The notes beneath the pieces were generated by a model. It saw only the letters and a program-made list of their open reading frames with translations. It did no database searches and was not told the DNA's origin. This document shows positions 39,967 to 49,523 of a stretch of DNA of 53,541 nucleotides, piece by piece. The stretch spans positions 62,001-115,541 of the forward strand of contig CAZHVK010000001.1 of the NCBI GenBank assembly GCA_964535955.1. Reading direction: 5' to 3'. Source of the stretch: an uncultured Methanosarcinales archaeon. GTDB lineage: Archaea; Nanobdellota; Nanobdellia; Woesearchaeales; CAXGTL01. How positions within the stretch are numbered: position 1 is the stretch's first letter; every line of letters starts with the position of its first letter. Made by a program: the position numbers and the translations under genes.

Positions 39967-41268
39967 ATGTTAATTAAGGAAAAACTTGAATGGCTGTATA
40001 ATCTTCAGGGAAAAGGTATTAAATTAGGTTTAGATAGAGTTAAAAAGTTGGCTCAAGTTTTTGAAAATCCACAAAATGATTTTCTTAGTATTCATATTGC
40101 AGGAACTAACGGAAAAGGAAGTGTTGCAAAGATTATCTATACTATTTTAAAAGAGCAAGGATATAATGTTGGTCTTTATACATCTCCACATTTGGTTAGG
40201 TTTAATGAGCGTATTGTTGTGGGAGGTAAAAAGATTAATGATGAAGATATTGTGAGATTGATTGATTTTATTAATAAAAAGATTATGGATAAAGGAATTG
40301 ATGCTAGTTTTTTTGAATTTACTACATTAATGGCTTATATTTATTTTATGGAAAAAAAGATAGATATTGCTGTTATTGAAACTGGAATGGGTGGAAGATT
40401 GGATGCAACTAATATTGTAAAACCAGTAGTAAGTGTTATAACAAACATAGGATTTGATCATGAAAAACATTTAGGTGATAGTGTTGAGAAAATTGCATTT
40501 GAAAAATGTGGGATTGTGAAAAAAGGAATTCCTGTGATAACTGGTTGTGTTGAAAAAGCATTAGATGTTATTAAAAAAGTTTGTTTAGAAAAAAAATCTA
40601 AACTATTAGTTGTTGAAGATGAAGCGAAAATTAAATTAATTAAAGAAAAATCAGAAGAAATTAGATCAGAAGGAACAAAATTGAAATTTCAACAAGCTGA
40701 AATAGTAACTAATAAAGATAAATATAATGTAAAAACAAGATTGCTTGGTGAGCATCAGCTCCAGAATATAGCAACTGCGATTGTTGCATGTGAAGTTATA
40801 AACCAGAGATTAGAAATAAATAAAGATTCTATTGAAAAAGGGATTGTTAATACTTATTGGCCTGGTAGAATTGAAGTTGTGGGTCAAAACCCTTTAATAA
40901 TTGTTGATGGAACCCATAATGTTCAAGGAATGATGTCCTTAAGAAAATTTTTAGAAGAGAATATTGTTAATAAATTTGATAAGTTGATTTTAGTTATTGG
41001 TATATCAGAAGATAAAAATAAAGAAAATATGATTAAATTAATAGCAGGAATATTTGATCAAATTATTGTGTGCCAAGCTGAATATAAAGGCAGTGATGTT
41101 GATGAGTTAAAGAAAATTGCAGAGAAACATAATACAAATACAATTATATGTATAAAAGATGTTAAATCTGCAGTTAGAAAAGCAATTGATATTGCTGATG
41201 AGAATGATGGTATTATTATAACTGGTTCTATTTATGTTGTCGGAGAAGCAAAGCAAGCTTTGAAGTGA
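39967..41268 (+). CDS. folC: Folylpolyglutamate synthase
   Basis: HIAGTNGKGS, YTSPHL, ETGMGGRLDATN and WPGR motifs. Confidence 0.95.
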   Translation: MLIKEKLEWLYNLQGKGIKLGLDRVKKLAQVFENPQNDFLSIHIAGTNGKGSVAKIIYTILKEQGYNVGLYTSPHLVRFNERIVVGGKKINDEDIVRLIDFINKKIMDKGIDASFFEFTTLMAYIYFMEKKIDIAVIETGMGGRLDATNIVKPVVSVITNIGFDHEKHLGDSVEKIAFEKCGIVKKGIPVITGCVEKALDVIKKVCLEKKSKLLVVEDEAKIKLIKEKSEEIRSEGTKLKFQQAEIVTNKDKYNVKTRLLGEHQLQNIATAIVACEVINQRLEINKDSIEKGIVNTYWPGRIEVVGQNPLIIVDGTHNVQGMMSLRKFLEENIVNKFDKLILVIGISEDKNKENMIKLIAGIFDQIIVCQAEYKGSDVDELKKIAEKHNTNTIICIKDVKSAVRKAIDIADENDGIIITGSIYVVGEAKQALK

Positions 41269-41273
41269 TGGAG

Positions 41274-41909
41274 TTAAGGTTTTCTTAGCCATTTAACACC
41301 TAAGTAACACAAAGGTGTATCGATCAATGCAAAGATTACCTTGAATAGCCAATAAGGAATTATTAAACTAATTATGAACATTGTGTTGAATTCTGGTGTT
41401 ATGTTATAAAATGCAATAAACATGAAAATTATTGTATCAATTAACTGACTTGCCATTGTTGAAACATTGTTTCTTAGCCATAAATATTTACCATGTGTTT
41501 TTTGTTTTAAAAAATGAAATACCCACACATCGTGAAATTGGCTAATTACAAAAGCAATTACACTAGCAATTGTCATTCTTAAGCTAGCCCCGAATACTGA
41601 TATAAAAGCTGCCTGATTGTTCCATATTTCGTTTACAGGAAGTTTTATTGCGACATATGTCATTAATAAAGTGAATAAAAGTGTAACTATAGAAATATAA
41701 ACAAAGAATTTTGCTTTTTTCTTACCATATACTTCATTAACAATATCTGTTATAAGAAATAAAAGAGGTATGAAGAAAATTCCAACAGAAATCCTTACAC
41801 CAAACAAATTTGTTATCTTTGTTCCTAATGTGTTTGCAAGAACCAATGAAACTACAAACAATCCTAATAGAATCAATACTTTGTTTTCATCATATTTTAA
41901 TTTCATCAT
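41274..41909 (-). CDS. yhhQ: Queuosine-precursor (preQ0/preQ1) transporter, YhhQ/Vut_1 family
   Basis: TDIVNEVYG, RMTIAS, LWLRNNVSTMASQLIDT and K...DTP motifs. Confidence 0.9.
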   Translation of the reverse strand: MMKLKYDENKVLILLGLFVVSLVLANTLGTKITNLFGVRISVGIFFIPLLFLITDIVNEVYGKKKAKFFVYISIVTLLFTLLMTYVAIKLPVNEIWNNQAAFISVFGASLRMTIASVIAFVISQFHDVWVFHFLKQKTHGKYLWLRNNVSTMASQLIDTIIFMFIAFYNITPEFNTMFIISLIIPYWLFKVIFALIDTPLCYLGVKWLRKP

Positions 41910-41920
41910 GCTTTACAACT

Positions 41921-42772
41921 CTAATATAAGATGTTCTTTAAAAATCTTTTCAATTTATTTCTAATTAATTTCATCACAAAAACAATTATTTGAACATTGT
42001 TAGGTGAATAATAGATAGGTGCGTTTGTAGTTGAAGGTTGATTATTTAAATAATCTGCTTTATTGTTTATAATATCCAAACACACTTCTGCTGGCCATTT
42101 AGCACATTCCACAAAACCCTTTTCTCTGTTTTTGTTATAAGAAAAATTAATTGTCTTAAAACAACCTCTTCTTAAAACAATTCCTCCATCAAGTCTTTCA
42201 GTAAGTCTTTGCAAAATGCATCCTGTAATAGGATCATCATAATAGATTTCCCAAAAAGCGGCAAGAATTCCTCTATATTTCCTTTCATCACCAAAATGAA
42301 ATGACCAAAGACCATAACGAGGTATTTTTAATATTTTTCCTCTAATTATACCAAAACTTAGTACAAGTATAAAATCAAGATCATATTTTTGTATTTCTTT
42401 TAAATCTTTCTTTTTGAAATATTGAGAATATTTTCCTTTTTTCACAACTTTACATCTTAATCTTGGAACGTCAGATAATAGTTTACTTAAACTTATTGTT
42501 TTAATTGAATGAGGTTTGAAGAAAAAATGCCAATAAAAAGTAGTGATCAAATTTTTAAATTTCGTATTTTTTATCACAATTAATATTCTCTCAAGAAGTG
42601 TTCTCCTTTTTTCCCTCTTCTCCTCATCAATAATTAATAATTTAACCTTTACATTTTCTAATTTTAAAAGGTTTGTAATACATTTTGCTTTCCACAATTG
42701 AAATCTTGTTCCACTGCACATAATACCACAATGCATGTTACTATTTTTCTTTTTTTTCTTGTTTTTTTTCAC
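41921..42772 (-). CDS. Formyltransferase-domain protein (formyl_trans_N-like)
   Basis: PRYGLWSFHFGDERKYRG...FWE...GCILQRLTERLDGG. Confidence 0.75.
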   Translation of the reverse strand: MKKNKKKKKNSNMHCGIMCSGTRFQLWKAKCITNLLKLENVKVKLLIIDEEKREKRRTLLERILIVIKNTKFKNLITTFYWHFFFKPHSIKTISLSKLLSDVPRLRCKVVKKGKYSQYFKKKDLKEIQKYDLDFILVLSFGIIRGKILKIPRYGLWSFHFGDERKYRGILAAFWEIYYDDPITGCILQRLTERLDGGIVLRRGCFKTINFSYNKNREKGFVECAKWPAEVCLDIINNKADYLNNQPSTTNAPIYYSPNNVQIIVFVMKLIRNKLKRFLKNILY

Positions 42773-43668
42773 TTTGTACTCTCAATTGGTTTCCATATAT
42801 CAAGTAATGTTTTTGTCTGATCTTTTTTTACTTCTTTTTTTATTTTATACCATAAGTAGAGTTTTGCAGGAAACAACATAAGTGTGTACCACATTTCTCT
42901 TATTGATCTTGGATATGACCAGACCCAAATACTTCCATACCATAATTCTTTCCAAAATGTTCGCATCCTAGGTGGGTGTTTAAAATAATGTTCTATTTGG
43001 ATATAGCCACCTGTTGATCTTCTTTTCTGAAGAATCCAATCTGCAAATGTTGTAGGATATTTTACAAATACTTTTGCTTTTGGTGCATAATCTATCTTAT
43101 AATCTTTTTGCCATACCATGTGAGCCATTACTGCGTCATCGCTTAATGCATCTTCTGGAATCTTTGTAAATAGTTTTTTCATTGCAAAAAGATAACCTGA
43201 TACTAGTATGAACTCCTTCTTCCTAGACCTAATCAAACGAGTTTTGTGAGCACCAATGTCTGTTAAAAGATGAGACCAATAACCGAGCATCTTTGTTTTT
43301 GGTGATACTGATACTGGTCTACCTGTGACTGCTCCTGTTTTTGGGTCTTTTAGTTTGTTTAGAAGTTCTTTTATTGCATTATTACTTACATAGACATCAC
43401 CATCGCTAAGAATAAATATATTACCTTTTGCTTTTTTGAATAAAATGTTTAGTGCAGTTGGTTTTCCTTTTCTTGGATCTTTGAATGTTCTGATGTTTTT
43501 GTGTTTTTTTGAGTATGATCTCATAACTGCTAATGTTTCTTTGTCAGGTGCTATCAATAATATTTCCCATTTTAAACCTTTTAACTGTGGAAGAAACGAA
43601 TCTACTGCTTTACCAATTGTTCTTGGTTCTTTGTATGCTGCTATTAAGATTGATATTGTTTGGTTCAT
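42769..43668 (-). CDS. GT2 glycosyltransferase
   Basis: IAAYKE, GKPTALN, SDGD, SDD and QKRR motifs. Confidence 0.9.
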   Translation of the reverse strand: MNQTISILIAAYKEPRTIGKAVDSFLPQLKGLKWEILLIAPDKETLAVMRSYSKKHKNIRTFKDPRKGKPTALNILFKKAKGNIFILSDGDVYVSNNAIKELLNKLKDPKTGAVTGRPVSVSPKTKMLGYWSHLLTDIGAHKTRLIRSRKKEFILVSGYLFAMKKLFTKIPEDALSDDAVMAHMVWQKDYKIDYAPKAKVFVKYPTTFADWILQKRRSTGGYIQIEHYFKHPPRMRTFWKELWYGSIWVWSYPRSIREMWYTLMLFPAKLYLWYKIKKEVKKDQTKTLLDIWKPIESTK

Positions 43669-43682
43669 TTTTTTTCATTTTC

Positions 43683-43797
43683 ATAATGAAACTGTCTCGC
43701 TCAAACTTTCAATGTTTTTGTTATGGAGTTTTGAAAGCCCTGATTGTTTCACAATCTGATATGTTTTCGCTGGCCTTACAGGCAACAGTTTCATTAT
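43683..43797 (-). repeat. Structured intergenic multi-stem element, copy D
   Basis: Perfect 13-bp terminal inverted repeat ATAATGAAACTGT / ACAGTTTCATTAT. Internal TCGCTCA and TTCGCTGGCCTTACAGGC. Confidence 0.85.
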
Positions 43798-43798
43798 C

Positions 43799-46438
43799 TT
43801 ATTCAATTATTGTTATACTTTTAATCACAATATCTTCAACAGGTTTGCTATTTCCATCAACTTCACTATTTGCAATCTTATCAACAATATCCATACCCTT
43901 AACTACTTTACCAAATACTGCATGTTTATTGTCTAACCAAGATGTTTCAATTACAGTGATAAAGAATTGTGAACCCCCTGTGTTTGGTCCAGAGTTTGCC
44001 ATTGAAATTACTCCTCTATCATGTTTAAGATCTGGATGAAATTCATCATCTATTGTATATCCTGGTCCTCCACTACCATCACCACTAGGATCTCCACCTT
44101 GAATCATAAAGTCTTTGATAACTCTATGGAAAATAAGGTTGTTGTAAAAATTCTTTTCTACCAAGTCAATAAAGTTTTTTGTTGTAATTGGTGCTTTATC
44201 TTGTGCTAGTTCAATCTTTATATTTCCTAATTTTGTTTCGATCAATGCTATTTTGTTTTTTGTTTCTTCTGGTTGTTTTGTTTCGAGTTTTGTTTCATCT
44301 TGCATAGTATCATCCTCTAGATTTAGTTCATTATCAACATTGTCTTGTTGTTCTGTATCTTCTTGTTTATCTTCTTGTTTGTCTTCTTGTTTGTCTTCTT
44401 GTTTGTCTTCTTGTTTTGTGTCCTGTTCTGTTCTCACTTTTTTAAAAATAATATTGATAGGAATATCTTCCATTAATTGAGATCCAATAACTTTGTTTTG
44501 ATTAATATCAAATACAGTAACTGGAGCTAGTCTTTTTATGACTTTTACTTCTTTAAAACCAAGGTTGATGATTTCCTGGTATTGTTGGAACTGTGTATAA
44601 TCTAACTGCTCAATTGCTTGATTTGTTTGTGGATTGATTAATATAGCAAATGGCCATGTTCTTAAATTAGCCCATTGCGGTTGACCAGGCTCCCAAAAAT
44701 CAGGGTTAAGATAAACAACTTCAAAGTCTTGTGAATCAATGTAGTCAGAGAATTCCTGGATTGTCTTATACTTGTTAAAACTAGAAACTCTTCTTATATC
44801 TGGTTTGTTTAAACCAACATTATAATTACAGCATGCAAAATAATTCTTAACAACTAAATCATTGACATAAGTATCTGAGTTGTATTTGTAGTCTTCTGCA
44901 CTATGGCCTGTGATATTATCACCTTGTGGTTTTACATTTTCATAAACCCAGTCCATTGCTTCTATGTAACCTGAGTATGTAAATCTTCTGTCTTCGACTA
45001 ACTTATTTCCAAACCTGTAATAGGAACTTTTTATTTTCTCCATTTTAATTTCATCAGTATCATTTTCTGAAATTGGGACTCCAAAAAGAATTAATAAAAT
45101 TAACAAGATTTGAACTGAAATCATAATAATCTTAGAAATCTTAATGTTCTTACTAGTTTTAAAAAATAATAAGGCAAAATCTTTGATTTCTTCTAATATG
45201 ATCATAGATAGTATTAAGGAAAATGGTAAGATGGACATCATATATCTTACTTCTGGAATGCCTCCACTTGCACCAGATATAGATGAAAAAAACAAAAATA
45301 AATGTCCACCAATCAATAAAACATAATACTCTATCTTATTATAGAAAAAAGCTAACAATGTCCCTATTAAAGATAAAGTTATGATTGTTCCTCCTAATAA
45401 ATTACCCATTGTTTTGTATGTTGGTATTATAAAACTATATTTGCCTTGCTTGATAAAAGTTATTGATAAAAAACCCATAGGACTTTTTAAGAATAAGTAT
45501 GTGATTACAATAAGACAAACTATTACTGTTAATAAAATAGTTTTATTTTTTAATTTTGTTATGATATAATTTCTTAATTTTTTGTTTAAAAAAATGTTAA
45601 TAACAAAGACTAAACCAGCCAATATCCAGACAAAAAAACCTGATAATTTTGATAATGTTGTAAATATACCAAAGATTATCAATAATAATAAGTGTTTGTT
45701 CTTTAGCATTGGTTCATTATTATTAATGCTTTTTATCCATTTAACCAGATAATAAGATGAAGCAATCATTAATGCTGCGACTGGTACATCTAGTAATCCT
45801 TTCATTGTCAAGAAATAATACCAATGATTAAAACCTAGTAATGCAGCTGCTGCTAATCCTGTAAAGTCATTTTTTATTTCTTTTCCAAGTAAGTATGTAA
45901 ACAAGATTCCTAATAGTCCAAATAGTAAACCCATTATTCTGCCTGCTTTAAAACTTGTTGTGAAAAAATTAAGTATTGCTGTTATTGTAACAGGAAATAT
46001 AGAACCCCAGTTGCTCATTTTAGTGATGTGTGAGATTCCTTGTTTCAATAGTTGAGCATCCCAATTATAAGCTGTCTCATCTAGCCAGATTGAATCTATG
46101 AATAGATTGTTCCAATAAATGAAAAAAAAGATTATTAGTAGAACTAAGAAGGCAATATTCCATGGATTCTTTAGCCAGGTTATTGTTGACTTTTTTAGTT
46201 TGTCTAAGTTTAGTTTTTGTTTTTTTGGTTTGTGTGTTTTGTGTTCTTCTGGTTTGTGTTCTGTTGTTTGTGGTTTTTCTTTGTGTTCTTTGTTTTCTGG
46301 TTTGTGTGTTTCTGACTTATCTTCCTTGTGCTCTTTTGGTTTGTCATCTGTCTCATGCAGTTTTTCTTGATGTTCTATATGTTCTTTTTTTTGTTCTTGT
46401 TCTGGTTCTTTTATTTGATTATTATTTTCTTCTTGAAT
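43799..46438 (-). CDS. ArnT/PMT-like (GT-C) membrane glycosyltransferase fused to a C-terminal cyclophilin-type peptidyl-prolyl isomerase
   Basis: The frame is open 130 codons upstream of the listed TTG and includes a TM segment and [10 protein letters not shown]. The C-terminus has [30 protein letters not shown] and [10 protein letters not shown]. The start codon is uncertain (ATT). Confidence 0.85.
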   Translation of the reverse strand: MQEENNNQIKEPEQEQKKEHIEHQEKLHETDDKPKEHKEDKSETHKPENKEHKEKPQTTEHKPEEHKTHKPKKQKLNLDKLKKSTITWLKNPWNIAFLVLLIIFFFIYWNNLFIDSIWLDETAYNWDAQLLKQGISHITKMSNWGSIFPVTITAILNFFTTSFKAGRIMGLLFGLLGILFTYLLGKEIKNDFTGLAAAALLGFNHWYYFLTMKGLLDVPVAALMIASSYYLVKWIKSINNNEPMLKNKHLLLLIIFGIFTTLSKLSGFFVWILAGLVFVINIFLNKKLRNYIITKLKNKTILLTVIVCLIVITYLFLKSPMGFLSITFIKQGKYSFIIPTYKTMGNLLGGTIITLSLIGTLLAFFYNKIEYYVLLIGGHLFLFFSSISGASGGIPEVRYMMSILPFSLILSMIILEEIKDFALLFFKTSKNIKISKIIMISVQILLILLILFGVPISENDTDEIKMEKIKSSYYRFGNKLVEDRRFTYSGYIEAMDWVYENVKPQGDNITGHSAEDYKYNSDTYVNDLVVKNYFACCNYNVGLNKPDIRRVSSFNKYKTIQEFSDYIDSQDFEVVYLNPDFWEPGQPQWANLRTWPFAILINPQTNQAIEQLDYTQFQQYQEIINLGFKEVKVIKRLAPVTVFDINQNKVIGSQLMEDIPINIIFKKVRTEQDTKQEDKQEDKQEDKQEDKQEDTEQQDNVDNELNLEDDTMQDETKLETKQPEETKNKIALIETKLGNIKIELAQDKAPITTKNFIDLVEKNFYNNLIFHRVIKDFMIQGGDPSGDGSGGPGYTIDDEFHPDLKHDRGVISMANSGPNTGGSQFFITVIETSWLDNKHAVFGKVVKGMDIVDKIANSEVDGNSKPVEDIVIKSITIIE
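44358..44417 (-). repeat. In-frame 12-bp tandem repeat (KQED x5) in the linker before the cyclophilin domain
   Basis: Plus-strand unit tcttcttgtttg. Confidence 0.85.
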
Positions 46439-46457
46439 TTTAATCCCCTCTTATTGT

Positions 46458-46578
46458 ACTTAATTCAAAAATCCTATTACGTTTTGCTCGCTTTGCTCAC
46501 AAAACTTCATCTGGCCATGCCATCAATAACTATGTTATTGCTGTCATTGACGGCACAGACGGATATTTTGAATTAAGT
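46458..46578 (-). repeat. Structured intergenic element F, probably a divergent relative of copies B-E
   Basis: Terminal inverted repeat ACTTAATTCAAAA(ATCC) / (GGAT)ATTTTGAATTAAGT. Internal stems GTTTTG/CAAAAC and TGCCATCAAT/ATTGACGGCA. TTCATCTGGCC motif. Confidence 0.65.
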
Positions 46579-46581
46579 TTT

Positions 46582-48006
46582 TTATAATTTTTTTAATAAT
46601 CTTTTCATACCTAATTTAGTTATCAATGATCTTAACTTTAGGTAAAATGGTATTTTTATAAAGGTTTTGTCAAATAAGTCTAAATATGCTCTTAATGGTC
46701 TTGTGTCTTTGTATACTTCAAATCCAAACCTATCTCTTATCTTTTTTAATTGTCTTATTGAGATTGTTGGAAGTTTTATATTTGTTGATTGAAAATAGGA
46801 TTCTGCTGCTATATCTTTTATTATCCAGTTATTTTTTTCACAGAGTTTGTATAATCCTGTTCCTTTGTATGCATTGAATATTGACACTCCTACAAAATCA
46901 GGTTTGCATTTTTTGTTCAGTTCAATTGTTGCTTTTATTGTTTTTTTTGTTTCATATGGTAAGCCAACCATGTTAAATGAATATGTTTGTAATCCTACTT
47001 CTCTTGCCCAAGTAAATGTGTCTATTATCTGTTTTTCTGTCTGGTTTCTTTTCATAATTGTATTTCTTATGAATTCATCACCTGATTCAATTCCAATAGA
47101 AACTCTGTAGCACCCAGCATTTTGTAAGTGGATGAAATCTTGTTTTGTTACAGAACCTGCTCTTACATTGATATTAAATGGTATGTTAATTTGTTTTTTG
47201 TATTTTGTGCTGAATTCTTTTATTAATTGTTTGTTTAATGTAAATGTATCGTCATAGAATTCTATTTCCTTTATCTTTTCACCAAATTTGTCTTTGACTT
47301 GCTTTATTTCTTTAATAATTGAATCTGCTGTTCTAAATCTTAAGTATTTACCTAATCCTTTGTATTTTTTGAGAAGGTAGTTGTTAATACAATATGCACA
47401 GCCAAAAGGGCATCCTTTGGATGCAATAAAAGTTGCAATTCCTTTGTTATAGTTTAAGTATGTTTGATAGTTGAAAAGGTTTCTATCTGGGAATGGAAGT
47501 TTGTCTAAGTTCTGTTGTAATGGTCTTAAAGAGTTTTTCTTTATTTTTATGTTTCCTTTCTTGTCTTTTGTTTTAAACCATATGTTTTTGATATTTGTGT
47601 TAACTTTTGTCCTATTAATACTCTCAGCAAGTTCCAGCATAGGATATTCACCTTCACCAATACACACAGCATCAAAGCAATCTTGTTTAATTATGTCTTC
47701 TGGAGCAATAGTTGCGTGATAACCACCGCAGATAATTTTTGTGTTTGGGGATATTTGTTTTATTTGTTTACATATATGAATTGCATAGTGTAAGTCATTA
47801 GTTGCAGCTGTTATTGCTACTAAATCTGGTTTAAATTCCTTTAGTTTGTGTTTTATCTCTTGTTTTGTTATTCTGTGAAATGTTGAATCTAATAATTGTA
47901 CTTTGTGTTTGTTTTTTTTAAGTAATGCTGAGATTGATGCCAAGCCTATAGAAATATCTTTAGGTGATTCTACAATATTTGGGTAGATAAGTAAGATCTT
48001 TGTCAT
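46582..48006 (-). CDS. B12-binding domain radical SAM protein
   Basis: GGYHAT, GEGE, SKGCPFGCAYC, DDTF and GIESG motifs. Confidence 0.92.
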   Translation of the reverse strand: MTKILLIYPNIVESPKDISIGLASISALLKKNKHKVQLLDSTFHRITKQEIKHKLKEFKPDLVAITAATNDLHYAIHICKQIKQISPNTKIICGGYHATIAPEDIIKQDCFDAVCIGEGEYPMLELAESINRTKVNTNIKNIWFKTKDKKGNIKIKKNSLRPLQQNLDKLPFPDRNLFNYQTYLNYNKGIATFIASKGCPFGCAYCINNYLLKKYKGLGKYLRFRTADSIIKEIKQVKDKFGEKIKEIEFYDDTFTLNKQLIKEFSTKYKKQINIPFNINVRAGSVTKQDFIHLQNAGCYRVSIGIESGDEFIRNTIMKRNQTEKQIIDTFTWAREVGLQTYSFNMVGLPYETKKTIKATIELNKKCKPDFVGVSIFNAYKGTGLYKLCEKNNWIIKDIAAESYFQSTNIKLPTISIRQLKKIRDRFGFEVYKDTRPLRAYLDLFDKTFIKIPFYLKLRSLITKLGMKRLLKKL

Positions 48007-48142
48007 ATATATAGCAGGCTTAGTCTAACATATTTAAAGATATATGTGGTTTTGTTAAATATTTTCTTAAACATATAATTGATAAGATAGATGTTGGAGT
48101 ATGGTAATATTTAATAGATTATTATATTTCCTATTTAAATAA

Positions 48143-48829
48143 ATGAAAACAATGCACATAACAAAACCAATTGGAGAGAGAACCAGGTTATGCACTAAAG
48201 AAGAAGCAAAGGCTATGTTAGAGAAGATTGAAGTTAAGAAAGAAGTTGTTGTTAAAGAGAAAAAAGAAGTTAAAGGAAAAGTTGGTGGAGTAGAATTTAC
48301 AGGTGATGAAAATTTTGAGGAATTATGTGAAAAGATTGAAGCAGAACATGGTGATGAAGCAACTGAAAGAAAGAAATTAAAAGAATTGTTAAAACACCAA
48401 GCTAAAGATAAGAATCAGTCATTTGACTTAAATAATCATACATTAGTATTTTCTGAATACATGGCATTGACAGACTTTGCATGGAGATATTTTCAACAAA
48501 GTGCTGAAGATTATTTTACTAATTTTAATGATAAAAAACGACCTGTATTTCTTGAAATTGAAAATAAACATGTTAAATATTTAAGATTAGATTCGATTTT
48601 AAAAATGGGAAGAATTAATAAAGATAAAATCCCAATACATCTTAATCTACTCACCAAGGTCAAAGAGATATATTTAGGTAATAATAATATATCTAAGATT
48701 GAAAACCTAGATAATAATCTTGAACTGACATATGTTCATCTTAGTGGGAATAATATTGATTATAATGATCCTGATAATAAAAAAGAATATGATAAATTAA
48801 TTTCAAGAAAAGTACAGGTGGAAAAATGA
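48143..48829 (+). CDS. Hypothetical protein with a conserved N-terminal leader and C-terminal leucine-rich repeats
   Basis: LTKVKEIYLGNNNISKIENLDNNLELTYVHLSGNNI (SDS22-like LRR). Confidence 0.8.
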   Translation: MKTMHITKPIGERTRLCTKEEAKAMLEKIEVKKEVVVKEKKEVKGKVGGVEFTGDENFEELCEKIEAEHGDEATERKKLKELLKHQAKDKNQSFDLNNHTLVFSEYMALTDFAWRYFQQSAEDYFTNFNDKKRPVFLEIENKHVKYLRLDSILKMGRINKDKIPIHLNLLTKVKEIYLGNNNISKIENLDNNLELTYVHLSGNNIDYNDPDNKKEYDKLISRKVQVEK

Positions 48830-49509
48830 CAAACATAACAAAACCTTTGGGAGAGAGAAACAGACTTGTGAGTAAACAAGAAGCAAAAGCTATGTTGGAG
48901 AGATTAGATGAAGAAGAAAAAAAGAGAAAACCTAAACAAGAAAAACAACAAGCTGATGATGAAAAGTATGAAGGAAAAGTTGTTGGATCTGATGATGAGA
49001 AATATGAAAAACAAGAAATGAGTGAAGATGAAAAAGCATTAGAAGAATTGTATAAAAAGAATAATGAACTGAATAAAGAATTAGAAACACAGAAACGTGA
49101 AATTGAAAAAGATATAATAGAGAAAAAAGTAAAGATTGGAAAAGATAAAGGGCAGGTTTTTGATTCTATTGAAGATTTGGTTTGTGAGGTTCATCCTGGT
49201 GCTAAATATGTAGTTGTTGGTGTGATACCTGGTTCTTCAGATTATTTATACATACACAAAAAAAAGATTGGAGATCTTAACAGATATAGATGTGAAGAGT
49301 GTCCTGAGATTGGACATAATTGGGAGCCTGATCATGATACTGGTGTCTTAAAAGATGTTAGACCAAGAAAAGCATATGAATGTCATACTTGTGGAATTGT
49401 AAAGGGAGTAGTTATAAACAAAGAAAAAGATGATGGTTTATATGCTGAATATCTTTGTAAGGTTTGTGGACAACAAGTAGGAGCAGGTAGTGAGATTTAT
49501 ATTGAATAA
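48826..49509 (+). CDS. Hypothetical protein with the same N-terminal leader, a charged coiled coil and three CxxC motifs
   Basis: CEEC, CHTC and CKVC. ATGA overlap with the upstream gene. Confidence 0.8.
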   Translation: MTNITKPLGERNRLVSKQEAKAMLERLDEEEKKRKPKQEKQQADDEKYEGKVVGSDDEKYEKQEMSEDEKALEELYKKNNELNKELETQKREIEKDIIEKKVKIGKDKGQVFDSIEDLVCEVHPGAKYVVVGVIPGSSDYLYIHKKKIGDLNRYRCEECPEIGHNWEPDHDTGVLKDVRPRKAYECHTCGIVKGVVINKEKDDGLYAEYLCKVCGQQVGAGSEIYIE

Positions 49510-49523
49510 AGAAATACAAAACT

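Noticed and set aside
43683..43797. Elements as known ribozymes, riboswitches or simple terminators
   Set aside because: No hammerhead CUGANGA/GAAA core or HDV-type pseudoknot could be built by eye. There is no consistent U-tract and the orientation is independent of transcription. An Rfam search is still needed.
43436..46576. Plus-strand ORFs such as 43533..44039, 44253..44480, 46119..46370, 46162..46443 and 46328..46576
   Set aside because: These are antisense shadows of the GT2 and GT-C-cyclophilin genes, caused by low-complexity T-rich sequence.
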